A DNA stretch of 64,000 nt from contig JBJBEO010000001.1 in the NCBI GenBank assembly GCA_047284725.1, positions 672,001 to 736,000 of the forward strand, in the 5' to 3' direction. Origin of the DNA: Synechococcus sp. (GTDB lineage: Bacteria; Cyanobacteriota; Cyanobacteriia; PCC-6307; Cyanobiaceae). Positions 19,512 to 31,226 of the stretch are shown piece after piece (position 1 is the first letter of the stretch; each line of letters opens with the position of its first letter). The notes below the pieces were generated by a model. It saw only the letters and a program-made list of their open reading frames with translations. It was not told the origin of the DNA and did not search any database. The position numbers and the translations under genes are program-made.

Positions 19512-20369
19512 GTGGAGCAGCCAATCATCACCAGCCGTCGCAATCCTCTGGTCAGGCGTCTGCGGGCTTTGGCGGCCCGTAAGGGGCGTGACCAGGAGGG
19601 CCTGCTTCTGCTGGAAGGGACGCATCTGGTGCAGGAATTGGTTGCTCTCTTGCAGCATCAGCAGGATGTCTTGGACCTGGTTGCCACGCCTGCATGGATG
19701 GATGCCCATGCGGCCTTGCTGGCCCGTTTTGCCTGCGCACCACGGCTTCAGCTGGTGAGTGAGGAGGTTCTTCAGGCGGCTCTCACCACGGTTCACCCCG
19801 ATGGAGTGGCCGCTTTGATTTCCTTGAGCTGTCTGCCAACGCTGCCGACGGATCCCACGTTTGTCTTGGCGCTCGATCGTCTTCAGGATCCTGGCAACCT
19901 CGGGACTCTCATTCGCACAGCCCTTGCTGCTGACGTCGATCTGCTCTGGCAAGGCTCAGGAGCGGATCCTTTGAGTCCCAAGGTGGTGCGAAGCTCCGCT
20001 GGAGCGGTGCTGCGCCTCCCCCATCAGCGTTTTGGCCCTTCGGAACAGGATGGGGTCGGTGAACTCCGTCAAGCTCTGCTGCAGGCACGTGACCGAGGCC
20101 TGCAGGTCGTCGCCACCCTGGTGCCCGGGGCCGGCGCTCCCGTGCCGGTCTGTCCTTACTGGGAGCTCGACTGGACGCGGCCCACCGTTTTGGTGCTTGG
20201 CAATGAAGGCAGGGGCTTGCACCCAGATCTGCTGGCCTGTTGCAGCCATGGCGCCACTCTTCCCCACAGCTCGGCTGTGGAGTCGTTGAATGTGGCATCT
20301 GCGGCCGTTCCTCTCCTCCTGGAGCGGCGAAGGGCGACAATGGCCGCTACCTCGCAGCAGTCCGGGTGA
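19512..20369 (+). CDS. TrmH/SpoU family RNA methyltransferase
   Basis: LQDPGNLGTLIRTA, VLGNEGRG and ESLNVA motifs. Confidence 0.93.
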   Translation: MEQPIITSRRNPLVRRLRALAARKGRDQEGLLLLEGTHLVQELVALLQHQQDVLDLVATPAWMDAHAALLARFACAPRLQLVSEEVLQAALTTVHPDGVAALISLSCLPTLPTDPTFVLALDRLQDPGNLGTLIRTALAADVDLLWQGSGADPLSPKVVRSSAGAVLRLPHQRFGPSEQDGVGELRQALLQARDRGLQVVATLVPGAGAPVPVCPYWELDWTRPTVLVLGNEGRGLHPDLLACCSHGATLPHSSAVESLNVASAAVPLLLERRRATMAATSQQSG

Positions 20370-21808
20370 GCGACGCCAGTTTCGACTTCGATGTGATCGT
20401 GATCGGTGCAGGCTATGGCGGCTTCGATGCCGCCAAGCATGCCGCTGATCATGGTCTGAAGGTGGCGATCATCGAGTCCCGCGATATGGGCGGGACTTGT
20501 GTGAATCGTGGTTGCGTGCCTTCCAAGGCTCTGTTGGCGGCCAGTGGTCGCGTGCGCGAACTGGCTGATGCAGAGCATCTTCAGGGCTTTGGCATTCATT
20601 CCGCTCCCGTGCGTTTCGAGCGCCAGAAGATCGCCGACCATGCCAACCAGCTGGTGGCCACGATCCGCAGCAACCTCACCAAGACCCTCGAGCGGTCTGG
20701 AGTGACGATCATTCGCGGTCAGGGTCGCCTGGAAGGCCTTCAAAAGGTTGGTGTGCGTGAGATCAGTGGCGTTGATCGCGTGCTCAGCGCCCGCGATGTG
20801 ATCCTGGCCACGGGTTCAGATCCCTTTGTTCCGCCTGGGATCGAGACCGACGGGCGCAGTGTGTTCACCAGTGATGAAGCGGTGAATCTGGAATGGCTGC
20901 CGCGCTGGATCGCCATTATCGGCAGTGGCTACATCGGGCTTGAATTTGCCGACGTTTACACAGCTCTGGGGTGTGAGGTCACCATGATCGAGGCCCTTGA
21001 TCGGGTGATGCCAACCTTTGATCCCGACATCGCCAAGTTGGCCGCTCGCAAGTTGATCGATGGCCGCGACATCGATGCCCGTTCAGGGGTGCTGGCCAAG
21101 TCGATCCAACCAGGTGCACCCGTTCAGATCGAGTTGGTCGATATGCAGACCAAGGAGCCGGTGGAAACCCTTGAAGTGGATGCTGTGCTCGTGGCCACAG
21201 GGCGGGTGCCCAGCAGTAAAGACCTCAACCTTGAGGCCCTTGGTATTGAGACCAACCGTGGCTTTGTGCCGATCGACGACAGCATGCGGGTGCTTGTGAA
21301 CGGTGAGCCCGTTCCCAATCTTTGGGCGGTTGGTGATGTCACCGGGAAGCTGATGCTCGCCCACACTGCCGCTGCTCAGGGCACCGTGGCGGTCGACAAC
21401 ATCCTTGGCCATCACCGCCAGATTGATTACCGCAGCATTCCCGCAGCGACGTTCACCCACCCTGAGATCAGTTCGGTGGGCCTGAGTGAAGTCGATGCCA
21501 GGCAACTGGCGACCGACCAGGGCTTTGAACTCGGGGTGGTGCGCAGCTATTTCAAGGCCAATTCCAAGGCGCTGGCAGAACTGGAGAGCGAGGGCCTGAT
21601 GAAGTTGCTGTTCAACAAAGTCTCAGGCGAGGTGCTGGGGGCGCACATCTACGGCCTCCATGCCGCTGATCTGATTCAAGAGGTGGCGAATGCAGTGGCT
21701 CGCCGTCAGAGCGTGCGTCAGCTCTCCACTGAAGTGCACACCCATCCCACCCTCAGTGAGGTGGTCGAAGTGGCCTACAAGCAGGCTGCTCACGCCCTGG
21801 CCGCCTGA
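20366..21808 (+). CDS. lpdA: Dihydrolipoyl dehydrogenase
   Basis: [25 protein letters not shown] and HPTLSE motifs; GTG start overlaps the upstream stop. Confidence 0.97.
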   Translation: MSDASFDFDVIVIGAGYGGFDAAKHAADHGLKVAIIESRDMGGTCVNRGCVPSKALLAASGRVRELADAEHLQGFGIHSAPVRFERQKIADHANQLVATIRSNLTKTLERSGVTIIRGQGRLEGLQKVGVREISGVDRVLSARDVILATGSDPFVPPGIETDGRSVFTSDEAVNLEWLPRWIAIIGSGYIGLEFADVYTALGCEVTMIEALDRVMPTFDPDIAKLAARKLIDGRDIDARSGVLAKSIQPGAPVQIELVDMQTKEPVETLEVDAVLVATGRVPSSKDLNLEALGIETNRGFVPIDDSMRVLVNGEPVPNLWAVGDVTGKLMLAHTAAAQGTVAVDNILGHHRQIDYRSIPAATFTHPEISSVGLSEVDARQLATDQGFELGVVRSYFKANSKALAELESEGLMKLLFNKVSGEVLGAHIYGLHAADLIQEVANAVARRQSVRQLSTEVHTHPTLSEVVEVAYKQAAHALAA

Positions 21809-21819
21809 GGAGACGAGTG

Positions 21820-22704
21820 ATGCAGATCCGCCGCAGACCTCCGAATCCCAAGGTGAAAGTTGCTCACCTGGAGTACGCCATCCCCCATGAGGAGGGAGAG
21901 CCCCGCAACATCCTTGAAAAAATCGTCTGGGAAAAGGACCGCGAGGTGGCGAAAGCGCGTGAGCGTATGCCGTTGCAGCAGCTCAAGGCCAAGGTCGCTG
22001 GATTGCCACCAGCCAGAGACTTCCTCGCTGCTCTGCGTGGGGCGACCACCACGCCGGCTGTGATTGCTGAGGTGAAGAAAGCCAGCCCCAGCAAGGGTGT
22101 GATTCGCGAGGACTTTGATCCGGTTGCGATCGCCAAGGCCTACGCCAAGGCTGGAGCCAGCTGCTTATCGGTGCTCACCGACAAGAGCTTCTTTCAGGGA
22201 GGCTTTGATGTGCTGGTGGAGGTGCGCGATGCAGTGGCGTTGCCTCTGCTGTGCAAAGACTTCATCCTGACCCCTTACCAGCTCTATCAGGCCAGGGCTG
22301 CAGGGGCTGATGCGGCCTTGCTGATCGCTGCAATTCTCACGGATCAGGATCTCTCCTACCTCAGCAAAGTGGCCAAATCCCTTGATTTGACTGTTCTGGT
22401 TGAGGTTCACGATGCAGAGGAGCTGGAGCGGGTGCTCAACGTGGGTGGCTTCCCGTTGATTGGGATCAACAATCGTGATCTCACCACGTTTGAAACAGAC
22501 CTTGGCACCACCGAGCGTCTGATGGAACAGTTCGCATCCCGTCTGGACGAGCAGGGTGCCCTGTTGGTGAGTGAATCGGGACTGTTCCTGCGCAGTGATC
22601 TTGATCGTGTTCAGAGGGCTGGTGCTGGGGCCGTGCTGGTGGGTGAAGCGCTGATGCGTCAGGACGACGTGGAAGCAGGGTTGCGCAGCCTGATAGGAGG
22701 CTGA
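21820..22704 (+). CDS. trpC: Indole-3-glycerol phosphate synthase
   Basis: [29 protein letters not shown] and VSESG motifs. Confidence 0.97.
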   Translation: MQIRRRPPNPKVKVAHLEYAIPHEEGEPRNILEKIVWEKDREVAKARERMPLQQLKAKVAGLPPARDFLAALRGATTTPAVIAEVKKASPSKGVIREDFDPVAIAKAYAKAGASCLSVLTDKSFFQGGFDVLVEVRDAVALPLLCKDFILTPYQLYQARAAGADAALLIAAILTDQDLSYLSKVAKSLDLTVLVEVHDAEELERVLNVGGFPLIGINNRDLTTFETDLGTTERLMEQFASRLDEQGALLVSESGLFLRSDLDRVQRAGAGAVLVGEALMRQDDVEAGLRSLIGG

Positions 22705-22771
22705 GCCGCTGACGGTTGAGACGTGCCATGCGTTCACGTCAGGTTGGTCTTGCCCAGGCTTGCATCAGCAG

Positions 22772-22803
22772 AAAAACAAGCCCCCGCTTCGGTGGGGGCT
22801 TGT
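22772..22803 (-). terminator. Rho-independent terminator downstream of sodB
   Basis: On the minus strand AAGCCCCCAC-CGAA-GCGGGGGCTT-GTTTTT. Confidence 0.75.
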
Positions 22804-22823
22804 GAATGCTTCGAAAGAGATCT

Positions 22824-23423
22824 TCAGGCGGCAGCGAGGTTGGCGGCAACGAAGTCCCAGTTGACCAGCTTGTCGAGATAGGTGGTCATGTAGTCGGGCC
22901 GACGATTCTGATAGTCGAGGTAGTAGGCGTGCTCCCAAACATCCATGGTGAGCAGAGCCTTCTGGCCGTGGGCGAGGGGAAGATCCGCGTTGGCGGTCTT
23001 GGTGACCTTCAGTGTGCCGTTGTCGAGCACCAACCAGGCCCAGCCACTGCCGAACTGGGTCGCACCTGCAGTCTTGAACTGTTCAACAAAGGCGTCGTAG
23101 CTGCCGAAATCGGAGTTGATCTTGTCCAGCAGAGCGCCGCTGGGCTGGCCACCGCCACCGGGCTTCATGCACTGCCAGTAGAAGCTGTGGTTCCACACCT
23201 GAGCGGCGTTGTTGAACACACCAGCCTTGCTTGCGTCGCCGGCCACGGCGCTGATGGTGTCTTCGAGGCTCTTGCCATCGAGATCCGTGCCTTCAACCGC
23301 CTTGTTCAGGTTGGTGACGTAGGCATTGTGGTGCTTGCCGTGGTGAAACTCGAGCGTGGAACGGGAGATATGGGGCTCCAGCGCATCGATGGCGTAGGGA
23401 AGCTGGGGAAGGGTATGGGCCAT
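22824..23423 (-). CDS. sodB: Fe superoxide dismutase
   Basis: [16 protein letters not shown] (Fe-type AAQ), FGSGWAWL and DVWEHAYY motifs. Confidence 0.95.
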   Translation of the reverse strand: MAHTLPQLPYAIDALEPHISRSTLEFHHGKHHNAYVTNLNKAVEGTDLDGKSLEDTISAVAGDASKAGVFNNAAQVWNHSFYWQCMKPGGGGQPSGALLDKINSDFGSYDAFVEQFKTAGATQFGSGWAWLVLDNGTLKVTKTANADLPLAHGQKALLTMDVWEHAYYLDYQNRRPDYMTTYLDKLVNWDFVAANLAAA

Positions 23424-23488
23424 GAAGGAGGCGGATCAGCGGCGGGATCCTAACGAGAGCTCCGCCGCGAAGGGCCAGGAGGGCTGGA

Positions 23489-24109
23489 TCAGCCCTTCAC
23501 CTCCAACAGTTCCACTTCAAAGATGAGGGTGGCATTGGGGGGAATGACGCCTCCGGCACCACGGGCGCCGTAGCCAAGGTCGGGGGGGATCACCAGCTTG
23601 CGCTTACCCCCGACTTTCATGCCCTGCACCCCTTCGTCCCAGCCTTTGATCACCCGTCCAGCGCCAAGGGGGAAGCTGAAGGGCTGACCGCGGTCGTAGC
23701 TGGCATCGAATTGGCTGCCATCGTCAAGGGTGCCGCGGTAGTGGACCACCACGGTCTGGCCTGCACTGGCTTCATCACCGGTGCCGACCTCAAGGTCGGT
23801 GTACTGAAGACCACTGTCTGTGATCTGGGGTTTGTCAACGGTCATCGGACCTCCTAAAGCTGATGCATCGGCCTGAAGAGTCTCGGTTGCCATCGCGAAC
23901 AGGGTGGGGTTGGAGTCTTCCGGGTCGAGTTCCATGGGAGACGATGCCAGGGCCTCGGCAGTGGCCCCGCTGCGGGCCATCACTGGAACGGCAGTCGTGC
24001 CGCTGGTGGGTTGAGCAGCAACCACAGTGGAAGGGGCCACAATTTGGCTGACAAGAGCCACGAGAAGGCAGGTCACGCAGACTGCGGTACTGATCAGGAT
24101 GTCGCGCAC
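23489..24109 (-). CDS. FKBP-type peptidyl-prolyl cis-trans isomerase
   Basis: [23 protein letters not shown] and [14 protein letters not shown] motifs; GTG start inferred. Confidence 0.93.
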   Translation of the reverse strand: MRDILISTAVCVTCLLVALVSQIVAPSTVVAAQPTSGTTAVPVMARSGATAEALASSPMELDPEDSNPTLFAMATETLQADASALGGPMTVDKPQITDSGLQYTDLEVGTGDEASAGQTVVVHYRGTLDDGSQFDASYDRGQPFSFPLGAGRVIKGWDEGVQGMKVGGKRKLVIPPDLGYGARGAGGVIPPNATLIFEVELLEVKG

Positions 24110-24147
24110 GTCGTTCGGCGTCGGAATTCGGCGCGATTCTGGCAGGT

Positions 24148-24480
24148 TCATTCCAGTCGCTCCCGCTGCTGGCGGACTTGCTGTTCGAGGCGATCGATGC
24201 GACCGCGCAATTCGTCGAGCTCCTTCTGACTGGCCAAACCCAGATCCTGAAGCAGATTGTCGCGGTTGCGCTCCAGATTTCTTCCCATCTGCTGTTCCAG
24301 CTCAGGCGTTTCACCCTTCAGGGCTTTGAGGACATCGTCGACGAGGGCCGAGGCGTGACTGGCATCCAGACGTCCGCTACTCACCCATTCCTGGGTGACG
24401 TAGCGGAGCCGATCGGCCACCAGGGTGGTGGTGCCGAGGCCTCGCAGAAGCAACTGCTGCAAGGGGTTGGCGCTCTCCAT
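24148..24480 (-). CDS. Phasin-like conserved hypothetical protein
   Basis: [16 protein letters not shown]...[20 protein letters not shown]; real 3' part of the 363-aa ORF. Confidence 0.75.
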   Translation of the reverse strand: MESANPLQQLLLRGLGTTTLVADRLRYVTQEWVSSGRLDASHASALVDDVLKALKGETPELEQQMGRNLERNRDNLLQDLGLASQKELDELRGRIDRLEQQVRQQRERLE

Positions 24481-24535
24481 GACCGAGCATTGGGTACGGA
24501 TGTTCACAGGATGACTGGATCCCATGTCGGTGACC

Positions 24536-26038
24536 ATGGGCCATGAGCGATCGTTGGCTTGGCTGCAGGGATGCGCGGGCGGTGCCCTTGCGGGGCTGGC
24601 GCTCAGCGCTCCGGCTTGGTGTCCTTCTGGGCCATGGTTGATGCTGCCTGCGCTGGCTTTGCTCTGGGCCCTCACCTGTTGCCCAGCGGCTGCGGCGCTG
24701 TGGGGCGTGCTCGCTGTCTTGATCAGCCATCGCTGGTTGTTGGCGCTGCATCCCCTCACCTGGGTCGGGGTGCCGGCCCCTCTGAGTCTGCCGGTGGCGA
24801 TCGGTGTGTGGTTGATCTGTGGCCTTGTGGCTGCCGGTCTCGTCGGTGGCTGGGCCTGGCTCGCGGGCCGCTGTGATCCACGACGATGGAGCTCGATGCT
24901 GGTGCTCGCCTGTCTGTGGGGTGGCGCTGAGGTGGTCCTTGCCGGTTCGCCCTTGTTTTGGATCGGAGTGGGCGGAAGTCTTTTGCCGATCGATCCCTTT
25001 TGGGCTGGGTTGGCTCGCTGGTGCGGTGCCGGAGGCTTGGCAGCGATGCAGTTGGTCGCAGGCTGGTGGATCTGGCGCCTGGCGCGGTTGCGCGGTCGGG
25101 GGCGCCAGCGTTGGCTTGCCCTTGGGTTGCTGGTTTTGATTCTTCTGCATGGCCTGGGAGGCCGGGCCTTGATGCCAGTGGCCAATTCCAAACCTGAATC
25201 GCACTCCCCTCCCAGGCGAGTGGCCCTGTGGCAGCCCATGGTGCCGACCCGTGAAAAATTCCAGCCGGAGCAACAGCAGCGGCTTGCTGCAGGCTTTCAG
25301 TCAGCGTTGCTTTCGGCGCAGGACGCTGATGCTGACTGGTTGGTCGCCCCCGAGGGGACGTTGCCCCTCGAAACACGGTTGCTCGAGGCGGCTCCTGTCC
25401 CCTTGCTCAGCGGCGGGTTCCGCTGGGTAAGGGGGCAGCAGCGTAGTGCCCTGTTGCTGGTCAAGGCCGGCCAGCGCTTGCCCTCGCAGGCTCTAGACAA
25501 ACATCGTCTCGTTCCTCTGGGGGAATGGATTCCCACGTGGCTGTCGGCGTTGCCGGGGTTGTCGGCTGTGGGAGGAATCGAGCCCGGGGACGCATCGCGC
25601 CTCTGGCAGTGGTCTGGCCTCCCCCCGGCCGCCGTGGCCATCTGCTACGAGCTCAGCGATGGGGCGGCGTTGGCACAGGCCGTTCAAGACGGTGCGCAGT
25701 GGTTGCTGGCGATCGCCAACCTCGACCCTTATCCGCAGCTCCTGCAGCGTCAGTTTCTTGCCCTTGCGCAGCTTCGCAGCGTCGAAACGGCTCGGCCATT
25801 GCTGTGTGCGGCCAACTCCGGACCGACTGCATCCGTGTCGGCGCAAGGGATCGTGCTGGACCAACTCGCACAGATGCAGAGCGGTCTGCTGCTCACTGCC
25901 CTGCAGCCGCACATCGAACACTCCTTCTATGTGCGTTGGGGTGATCGTCCGTTGTGGATGGTCTTGATGGTCGCTGCCTTGTGTCGTTGTCGCTCCTGGT
26001 TGACGCGGCAAGTGCAGCGGTTTGGGCGATCACGCTGA
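24536..26038 (+). CDS. lnt: Apolipoprotein N-acyltransferase
   Basis: Multiple TM helices; nitrilase-fold triad motifs PEG, KHRLVPLGEW and ICYE. Confidence 0.9.
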   Translation: MGHERSLAWLQGCAGGALAGLALSAPAWCPSGPWLMLPALALLWALTCCPAAAALWGVLAVLISHRWLLALHPLTWVGVPAPLSLPVAIGVWLICGLVAAGLVGGWAWLAGRCDPRRWSSMLVLACLWGGAEVVLAGSPLFWIGVGGSLLPIDPFWAGLARWCGAGGLAAMQLVAGWWIWRLARLRGRGRQRWLALGLLVLILLHGLGGRALMPVANSKPESHSPPRRVALWQPMVPTREKFQPEQQQRLAAGFQSALLSAQDADADWLVAPEGTLPLETRLLEAAPVPLLSGGFRWVRGQQRSALLLVKAGQRLPSQALDKHRLVPLGEWIPTWLSALPGLSAVGGIEPGDASRLWQWSGLPPAAVAICYELSDGAALAQAVQDGAQWLLAIANLDPYPQLLQRQFLALAQLRSVETARPLLCAANSGPTASVSAQGIVLDQLAQMQSGLLLTALQPHIEHSFYVRWGDRPLWMVLMVAALCRCRSWLTRQVQRFGRSR

Positions 26039-26053
26039 CGGATCGACAAGGAA

Positions 26054-28099
26054 TTAGATGTCAATCACCATTTGGTCTCTCCCTGAGTGTTTGGCTTGGT
26101 AGCAGGCAACGTCGGCTCGATGCATGATGTCGTCGATCGTGCCGTGGTCGAGGTTGCTTGCATTGAGGGAAAGAAGGCCAATGCTCGCCGTGACCCTGTA
26201 ATTGTTGTCGTGAAAGGTGATTGCTAAATCTCTGATTTCTCTCAGAAGCTTCTCGCCAATCAGTTGTGCATTTGCAGCGGGACAGTCTTTCAGAATGATG
26301 GCAAATTCATCGCCGCCAATACGCCCTGCAATGTCGTTCTTTCGGATCGTCTCGGTGAGGGTGTTGCAGATCTGGATGAGGACAGCATCTCCAGCCTGAT
26401 GGCCCTCATGGTCGTTGATTGGTTTGAAATGGTCGAGGTCGAGGTAGAGCAGGCAATTGTGGGTTTGATTCCGGCGTGATTCTTCGATCGCTTCCTCAAG
26501 TGCGGTGTGGAAGCCGCGACGATTGAGTAAATCAGTGAGGGGATCATGAACAGCCTGGATTCTGCTGAGTTTTGCCTGGGTCGATTCCTCCTGGTCTCTG
26601 GCTGTGACCACGAGCAGAAAAGCCTGGCCAATCATCGCTGTTAAAGCGAAGATGAGAAGAAGCTGTTGAGGATGATTGGAGAGCCTTGACTGGATGGCTT
26701 TTTCAGACGGTTCGAGGGCCAGCTGCCAGACGGCTCCTGCGTAGGGAATGGATGTTGAGACGATCCAGTCTTTTGCAATATTGTCTGCTCTGCCATAGGT
26801 GGCCAGCGGTTGATTGTCGTCTGTTGTCAGTGTCCACTGAATGAAGTTGGTTGTCGGTAAATCGCGACTGAAGGTGGAGCGCAGCATGTCTCCCATGCGT
26901 AAAACGCCAACGGCAAACCCTTGGAGTGTTCCGTCGTCATTGCGTGTGGGATCCAGAATGAGAACCCCTTGCTGACTGCCTTGTTCCTGAACAAGCTCGA
27001 TCGGGCTGGTAACCTGCAGCGAATTGGAGAGCTCCGCTGCTCGAATAGCTATCGCTCGCGAGTGATTGGAGAGGATGTCATACCCCAGGGCTGCTTGATT
27101 GGGTTCTTTCGGCTCGATCAGTGAAACCGGGATATAGCGTTGACGCTGTCTGGCTCTGATCAGCGAGCCATTGTCACTTCTTTCTGTGATCTGAAAGTCC
27201 TTGGAGTTGGTTTCCTGGAGTCGCTGTTTCTCGAAGCTGTCCCGCTTTTCTTGTGTGACGATCGGATTCCAGGACAGGCCGTGGAGTCCTGGATAGCGTT
27301 CGAAGACCTCGCTGGTGAATGAATGAAATTCCTCGGGGGAAACGTACTCGGAAGACAATTCAAATCTGCGCAACGAGTCGATGATTTCGCTGTATCTTTC
27401 CAGGTTGTTTGTCAGGGCTTGGCTGGTTTCTGCTGCTGTTGTTTTGATGCTGGACAATGCTTTTTGCTGATCGATCGTGATGGCCTGTGAAAAGGCGATC
27501 TGTGTGAGAAGTGCAAGGACGATTGAAGGGATCGCAATCTTGCATCGGCGCCCTTCCCACGCTGTGCTCATCTCAGGGAGAAGCATCAGTGTGATTGGCG
27601 TCATCACAACAACTCCCATGACATTGCCAGCCCACTCGCTGAAGACGGCGCTGAGGAGCTGTTCAGGGATCAGAACCTGATACGCCTTGATGGCGATGGC
27701 GCTGACCGAGCTTCCCACGAGGCAGCTGAGCGGCCCAGTGGCGAGGAGGAAGGAGATGATTTCTTTTGCTCGTCGCAGCTTTGGGATGGAACCACTGATG
27801 CGTCGACCGAGGCTGGCAGCCACCGTTGTTTGCAGGGTGACACCGAGGGCTAGAACAAAAGCCAGTGAAGGAGTGGCCGGGTGGAGAAAGAGGTTGAGCA
27901 GGAAGGAAGCCAGCCAGACTGCGGGAAGCAGGCCCACACCGTCGGCAATTACCAGGGCAACGGCGACCCCTGAGGCAGGCCAGAACGGATAGGCGTGACC
28001 GATGGCAGGCAGCAGCTCAATGCTCAACCAATTGAGCAGAAGCGTTCCTGCTATTAAGACAATCGAGCGCTTGACAAGATGGAGGGTCTTCCTGCTCAC
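26054..28099 (-). CDS. Membrane sensor diguanylate cyclase (MASE1-CHASE-GGDEF)
   Basis: MASE1-like FWPASGVAVA and WAGNVMGVVVMTP; CHASE-like AALGYDILS and PIELVQE; HDPLTDLLNRR, DLDHFKPIND, RKND I-site, GGDEF, ADVACYQAKHSGRD. Confidence 0.92.
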   Translation of the reverse strand: MSRKTLHLVKRSIVLIAGTLLLNWLSIELLPAIGHAYPFWPASGVAVALVIADGVGLLPAVWLASFLLNLFLHPATPSLAFVLALGVTLQTTVAASLGRRISGSIPKLRRAKEIISFLLATGPLSCLVGSSVSAIAIKAYQVLIPEQLLSAVFSEWAGNVMGVVVMTPITLMLLPEMSTAWEGRRCKIAIPSIVLALLTQIAFSQAITIDQQKALSSIKTTAAETSQALTNNLERYSEIIDSLRRFELSSEYVSPEEFHSFTSEVFERYPGLHGLSWNPIVTQEKRDSFEKQRLQETNSKDFQITERSDNGSLIRARQRQRYIPVSLIEPKEPNQAALGYDILSNHSRAIAIRAAELSNSLQVTSPIELVQEQGSQQGVLILDPTRNDDGTLQGFAVGVLRMGDMLRSTFSRDLPTTNFIQWTLTTDDNQPLATYGRADNIAKDWIVSTSIPYAGAVWQLALEPSEKAIQSRLSNHPQQLLLIFALTAMIGQAFLLVVTARDQEESTQAKLSRIQAVHDPLTDLLNRRGFHTALEEAIEESRRNQTHNCLLYLDLDHFKPINDHEGHQAGDAVLIQICNTLTETIRKNDIAGRIGGDEFAIILKDCPAANAQLIGEKLLREIRDLAITFHDNNYRVTASIGLLSLNASNLDHGTIDDIMHRADVACYQAKHSGRDQMVIDI

Positions 28100-28196
28100 A
28101 CTCCCATGCCTCTGAGAGGAATCTCGTCTAGATTCCTAGTTTGACAATCCTCCGCTGAATCAGCCTCTGGTTGTCCAGGATTGTGGATCAGCGCAT

Positions 28197-29414
28197 TCAG
28201 GCTGTCGTGCTCGTTCTGTCTTCTTTCTGAATCAGGCCTCCTCCCAGCACCTTGTCTCCTTTGTAGAAAACGGCCGCTTGTCCTGGTGTCAGTGAAAACT
28301 GGGCCTCATCAAAGTGCAGACGGCAACGATGGGGTCGGCCTCCCGTGCAGTCAGTGTCGGTGGCTTGAACAGGGGTGAGCCATGCGCCAACAGGTTCACT
28401 GCGATAGCGCACTTGGACCTCCACCCGTTGACGTTCCCCCAGGCACGGTGGAGCGACTGACACCCAGTTAACGGCGCCCACCAGGCAATGGTCGGTGCCC
28501 GCTTCAGCCCGGGTGGCCACCACCACTTGATTCAGGGCTGCATCCAGACGGATGACGTGCAGCGGTTCCCTCCAGGCCACTCCAAGGCCTTTGCGCTGGC
28601 CGATGGTGAAGTGCTCAATGCCGTCGTGCTGTCCCACCACCGTGCCATCGAGCAGCACGATCTCACCATTGCGAGCAGGCAGGTAAGTGTCGAGAAAGGC
28701 CCGCATCGAGCCGTGGTGGTCAGCGAGGCAGAGGTCCTGGCTTTCGGGCTTCTTGGCTGTTCTCAGCCCGAATCGTTCCGCTTCAAGTCGTGTATCGGGC
28801 TTGGTGAGTTCGCCCAGGGGAAACACCAGGCGGCCGAGGGCTTCCTGCGGCAGGTCGTAGAGGAAATAGCTCTGGTCTTTGCGGCGGTCCAGTCCCCGCA
28901 GCAACTGATGGCGACCGTTCTCGCTCCGGTCGCCATGGCGAACCCGGGCGTAGTGGCCGGTGGCAATGCGCGCGATGCTGCGTTCCTGCTCAGCCCAAGC
29001 CAGCATCGGACCGAATTTCACCTCCCGATTGCAACGGGAGCAGGGCAAAGGGGTGACACCATCGGCATAGCCCTGCACCAGAAAGTCAACGATCTGCTCT
29101 TTGAAATGTTCGCGGAAGTCCACCACGTGGTGGGGCACGCCAAGCTGCTCGCAGATTCCGGCTGCATCCACCAGGCCTTCAGCGCAGCAAGCCCCCTTCC
29201 CACTCATCAGCCAGAGGGTCAGTCCTTCCACTTGCCAGCCCGCCTCCACCAGCAGGGCGGCGGTCAGGGAGCTGTCGACACCGCCCGAGAGACCCACAGC
29301 CACGTGGTGCTCGCCTGGCCACTGACGCAACCGTTCGAGGGTCTGTTGGCCTGCCACGGTCGCAGGCGTGTTGGTGGCAGGTGTGCTGGTGATGGAGGCC
29401 GGTCGACTCGACAT
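28197..29414 (-). CDS. mnmA: tRNA-specific 2-thiouridylase
   Basis: SGGVDS, PCSRCN, ATGHYA, KDQSYFL, ESQDLC and TPGQAAVFY motifs; start near MSSRP (the 899-aa ORF includes an antisense shadow of nnr). Confidence 0.95.
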   Translation of the reverse strand: MSSRPASITSTPATNTPATVAGQQTLERLRQWPGEHHVAVGLSGGVDSSLTAALLVEAGWQVEGLTLWLMSGKGACCAEGLVDAAGICEQLGVPHHVVDFREHFKEQIVDFLVQGYADGVTPLPCSRCNREVKFGPMLAWAEQERSIARIATGHYARVRHGDRSENGRHQLLRGLDRRKDQSYFLYDLPQEALGRLVFPLGELTKPDTRLEAERFGLRTAKKPESQDLCLADHHGSMRAFLDTYLPARNGEIVLLDGTVVGQHDGIEHFTIGQRKGLGVAWREPLHVIRLDAALNQVVVATRAEAGTDHCLVGAVNWVSVAPPCLGERQRVEVQVRYRSEPVGAWLTPVQATDTDCTGGRPHRCRLHFDEAQFSLTPGQAAVFYKGDKVLGGGLIQKEDRTSTTA

Positions 29415-29477
29415 GGTGGGTTCTGGCGGCATGGGCGGCACCGCTGGATCTCTCCATAGTGAGGTCCCGGCGGTTCT

Positions 29478-31067
29478 GTGGTGTCTTGGCCCCCTGTTGA
29501 CTCCGACCATTGCCTCGTGAGTACGGCCGAAATGGCGGCTCTCGAACAGGAGTGGTTGGCCAGTGGTCTGCCCGTCCCCGCTTTGATGGAGAAGGTGGGG
29601 TTGGCGATGGCGGCCTGGTGTTTGGCCAGGCCCCAGCTGTTGACCGATGGAGTGCTGGTGTTGGTGGGGCCTGGCCACAACGGCGGCGATGGTTTGGTGG
29701 TGGCCCGTGAGCTGGCCCAGGCGGGGGTGAGGGTCCGTTTTTGGTGTCCTTTGCCCCTGCGTCAGGCGTTGACCCAGGAGCACCATCGCCATCTTCAGTG
29801 GCTGGGCATGGCTGAACTGACCGATCCCCCCGACCCCAACAGCCCCGAGTTGTGGCTGGAGGCCTTGTTCGGTTTGGGGCAGAAGCGGCCGCTGCCAGCC
29901 TCGTTGGCATCGCTTTTGCGCCAGCGTCAGCAGCTCCGACCTGGTCGCCTGGTGAGCGTGGATTTGCCGGCGGGCCTTGATGGTGACTGCGGCCGACCCT
30001 TCGAGGGAGGAGCCGCTGTGGCCTGCGCCACCCTCACCGTGGGGTTGATCAAGCGCGGCCTGGTGCAGGACGCCGCCCTGGAGCATGTCGGCGCCCTGCA
30101 TCGGATTGAGGCCGGTGTTCCCCAGCGCTTGTTGGCAGGCCTGGGTGAGCGCCCTGTGCTTCAGGTGAGCGGCGACGATCTGCTTTCTCTGCCCTGGCCC
30201 AGGCCCCACAGGGCGGCGATGAAATACCAGCGCGGACGCCTGCTGGTGATGGCTGGAAGCGAGCGGTACCGCGGTGCAGCCTTTCTGGTGCTGGAGGGCG
30301 CTTTGGCCAGTGGTGCCGGAAGTGTGCGGGCTGCTCTGCCCAAGGATCTGGCTGCGGCCATTTGGCAACAATTGCCCGAAGTCGTGCTGGAGGCTGCCTT
30401 GCCAGCGCCGGCGGCCGCCGGCCTGGACTGGGGGGGGTGGCTGCATCGAGACGCCCTGACCCGGCTGGATGCTGTGTTGCTGGGGCCTGGAATCGGCGTG
30501 GCTGCTGGCCTGTGGGAGGCCCAGGCTGAGCCCTTGCTGTCCTTCCCCGGTTTGCTGGTGCTTGATGCTGATGGCTTGAATCAGTTGGCCGCATCGTCCG
30601 TCGGTTGGCGGTGGCTTCTTGCGCGATCGGGTCCGACCTGGATCACCCCCCATGCCGGAGAATTTGCACGGTTGTTTCCTGAATTCGATCTTGTTCAACC
30701 GCTTGAGGCGGCAAGACGCGCCGCCGATTGCAGTGGTGCTTATGTGGTGCTCAAGGGAGCCCACAGCGTGGTGGCAGCGCCTGGGAGGGCTCTGCATCAA
30801 CTGATCAGTGGTCACCCAAGGACGGCGCGGACTGGTCTTGGCGATGTGCTGGCTGGGTTCGTCGCTGGCTGGGGGGCTCAGGTGATGGCAGCTCAAGAGC
30901 CGGAGGGCATGGGTTCTGGCAGTGCCTGGCTGGGTGAAGCACTCAGCGCAGCGGTTTTATTGCATGGTGAAGCGGCCCGTACCTCCCATCAGGGTTCGAC
31001 AGCCCGGGATGTTGTGCGTCGCTTGGCGGAGTTGGTGGTGGAAGCGTCTGACGGGGGCGATGGCTGA
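29478..31067 (+). CDS. nnr: Bifunctional NAD(P)H-hydrate epimerase/dehydratase (YjeF/Nnr)
   Basis: [35 protein letters not shown] and GLGDVLAG motifs. Confidence 0.92.
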   Translation: MVSWPPVDSDHCLVSTAEMAALEQEWLASGLPVPALMEKVGLAMAAWCLARPQLLTDGVLVLVGPGHNGGDGLVVARELAQAGVRVRFWCPLPLRQALTQEHHRHLQWLGMAELTDPPDPNSPELWLEALFGLGQKRPLPASLASLLRQRQQLRPGRLVSVDLPAGLDGDCGRPFEGGAAVACATLTVGLIKRGLVQDAALEHVGALHRIEAGVPQRLLAGLGERPVLQVSGDDLLSLPWPRPHRAAMKYQRGRLLVMAGSERYRGAAFLVLEGALASGAGSVRAALPKDLAAAIWQQLPEVVLEAALPAPAAAGLDWGGWLHRDALTRLDAVLLGPGIGVAAGLWEAQAEPLLSFPGLLVLDADGLNQLAASSVGWRWLLARSGPTWITPHAGEFARLFPEFDLVQPLEAARRAADCSGAYVVLKGAHSVVAAPGRALHQLISGHPRTARTGLGDVLAGFVAGWGAQVMAAQEPEGMGSGSAWLGEALSAAVLLHGEAARTSHQGSTARDVVRRLAELVVEASDGGDG

Positions 31068-31226
31068 AACAGCCTGCAAACACTCAGAACGCTGTGATTT
31101 GCAACAAATGTGTTGTGGCGTTTGTGTCGATTTCGTCGCATGAATCTGAAGGGTTGCTGAAAACACATCGCGACTTCGATTTTTCGTAGGAAAGTTGCTC
31201 CATCAATTGCCTAGTCGGAGATCACC

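Noticed and set aside
28197..30896. 899-aa ORF suggesting a large MnmA fusion
   Set aside because: The N-terminal ~490 codons are the antisense shadow of nnr; MnmA motifs begin only after about 29414
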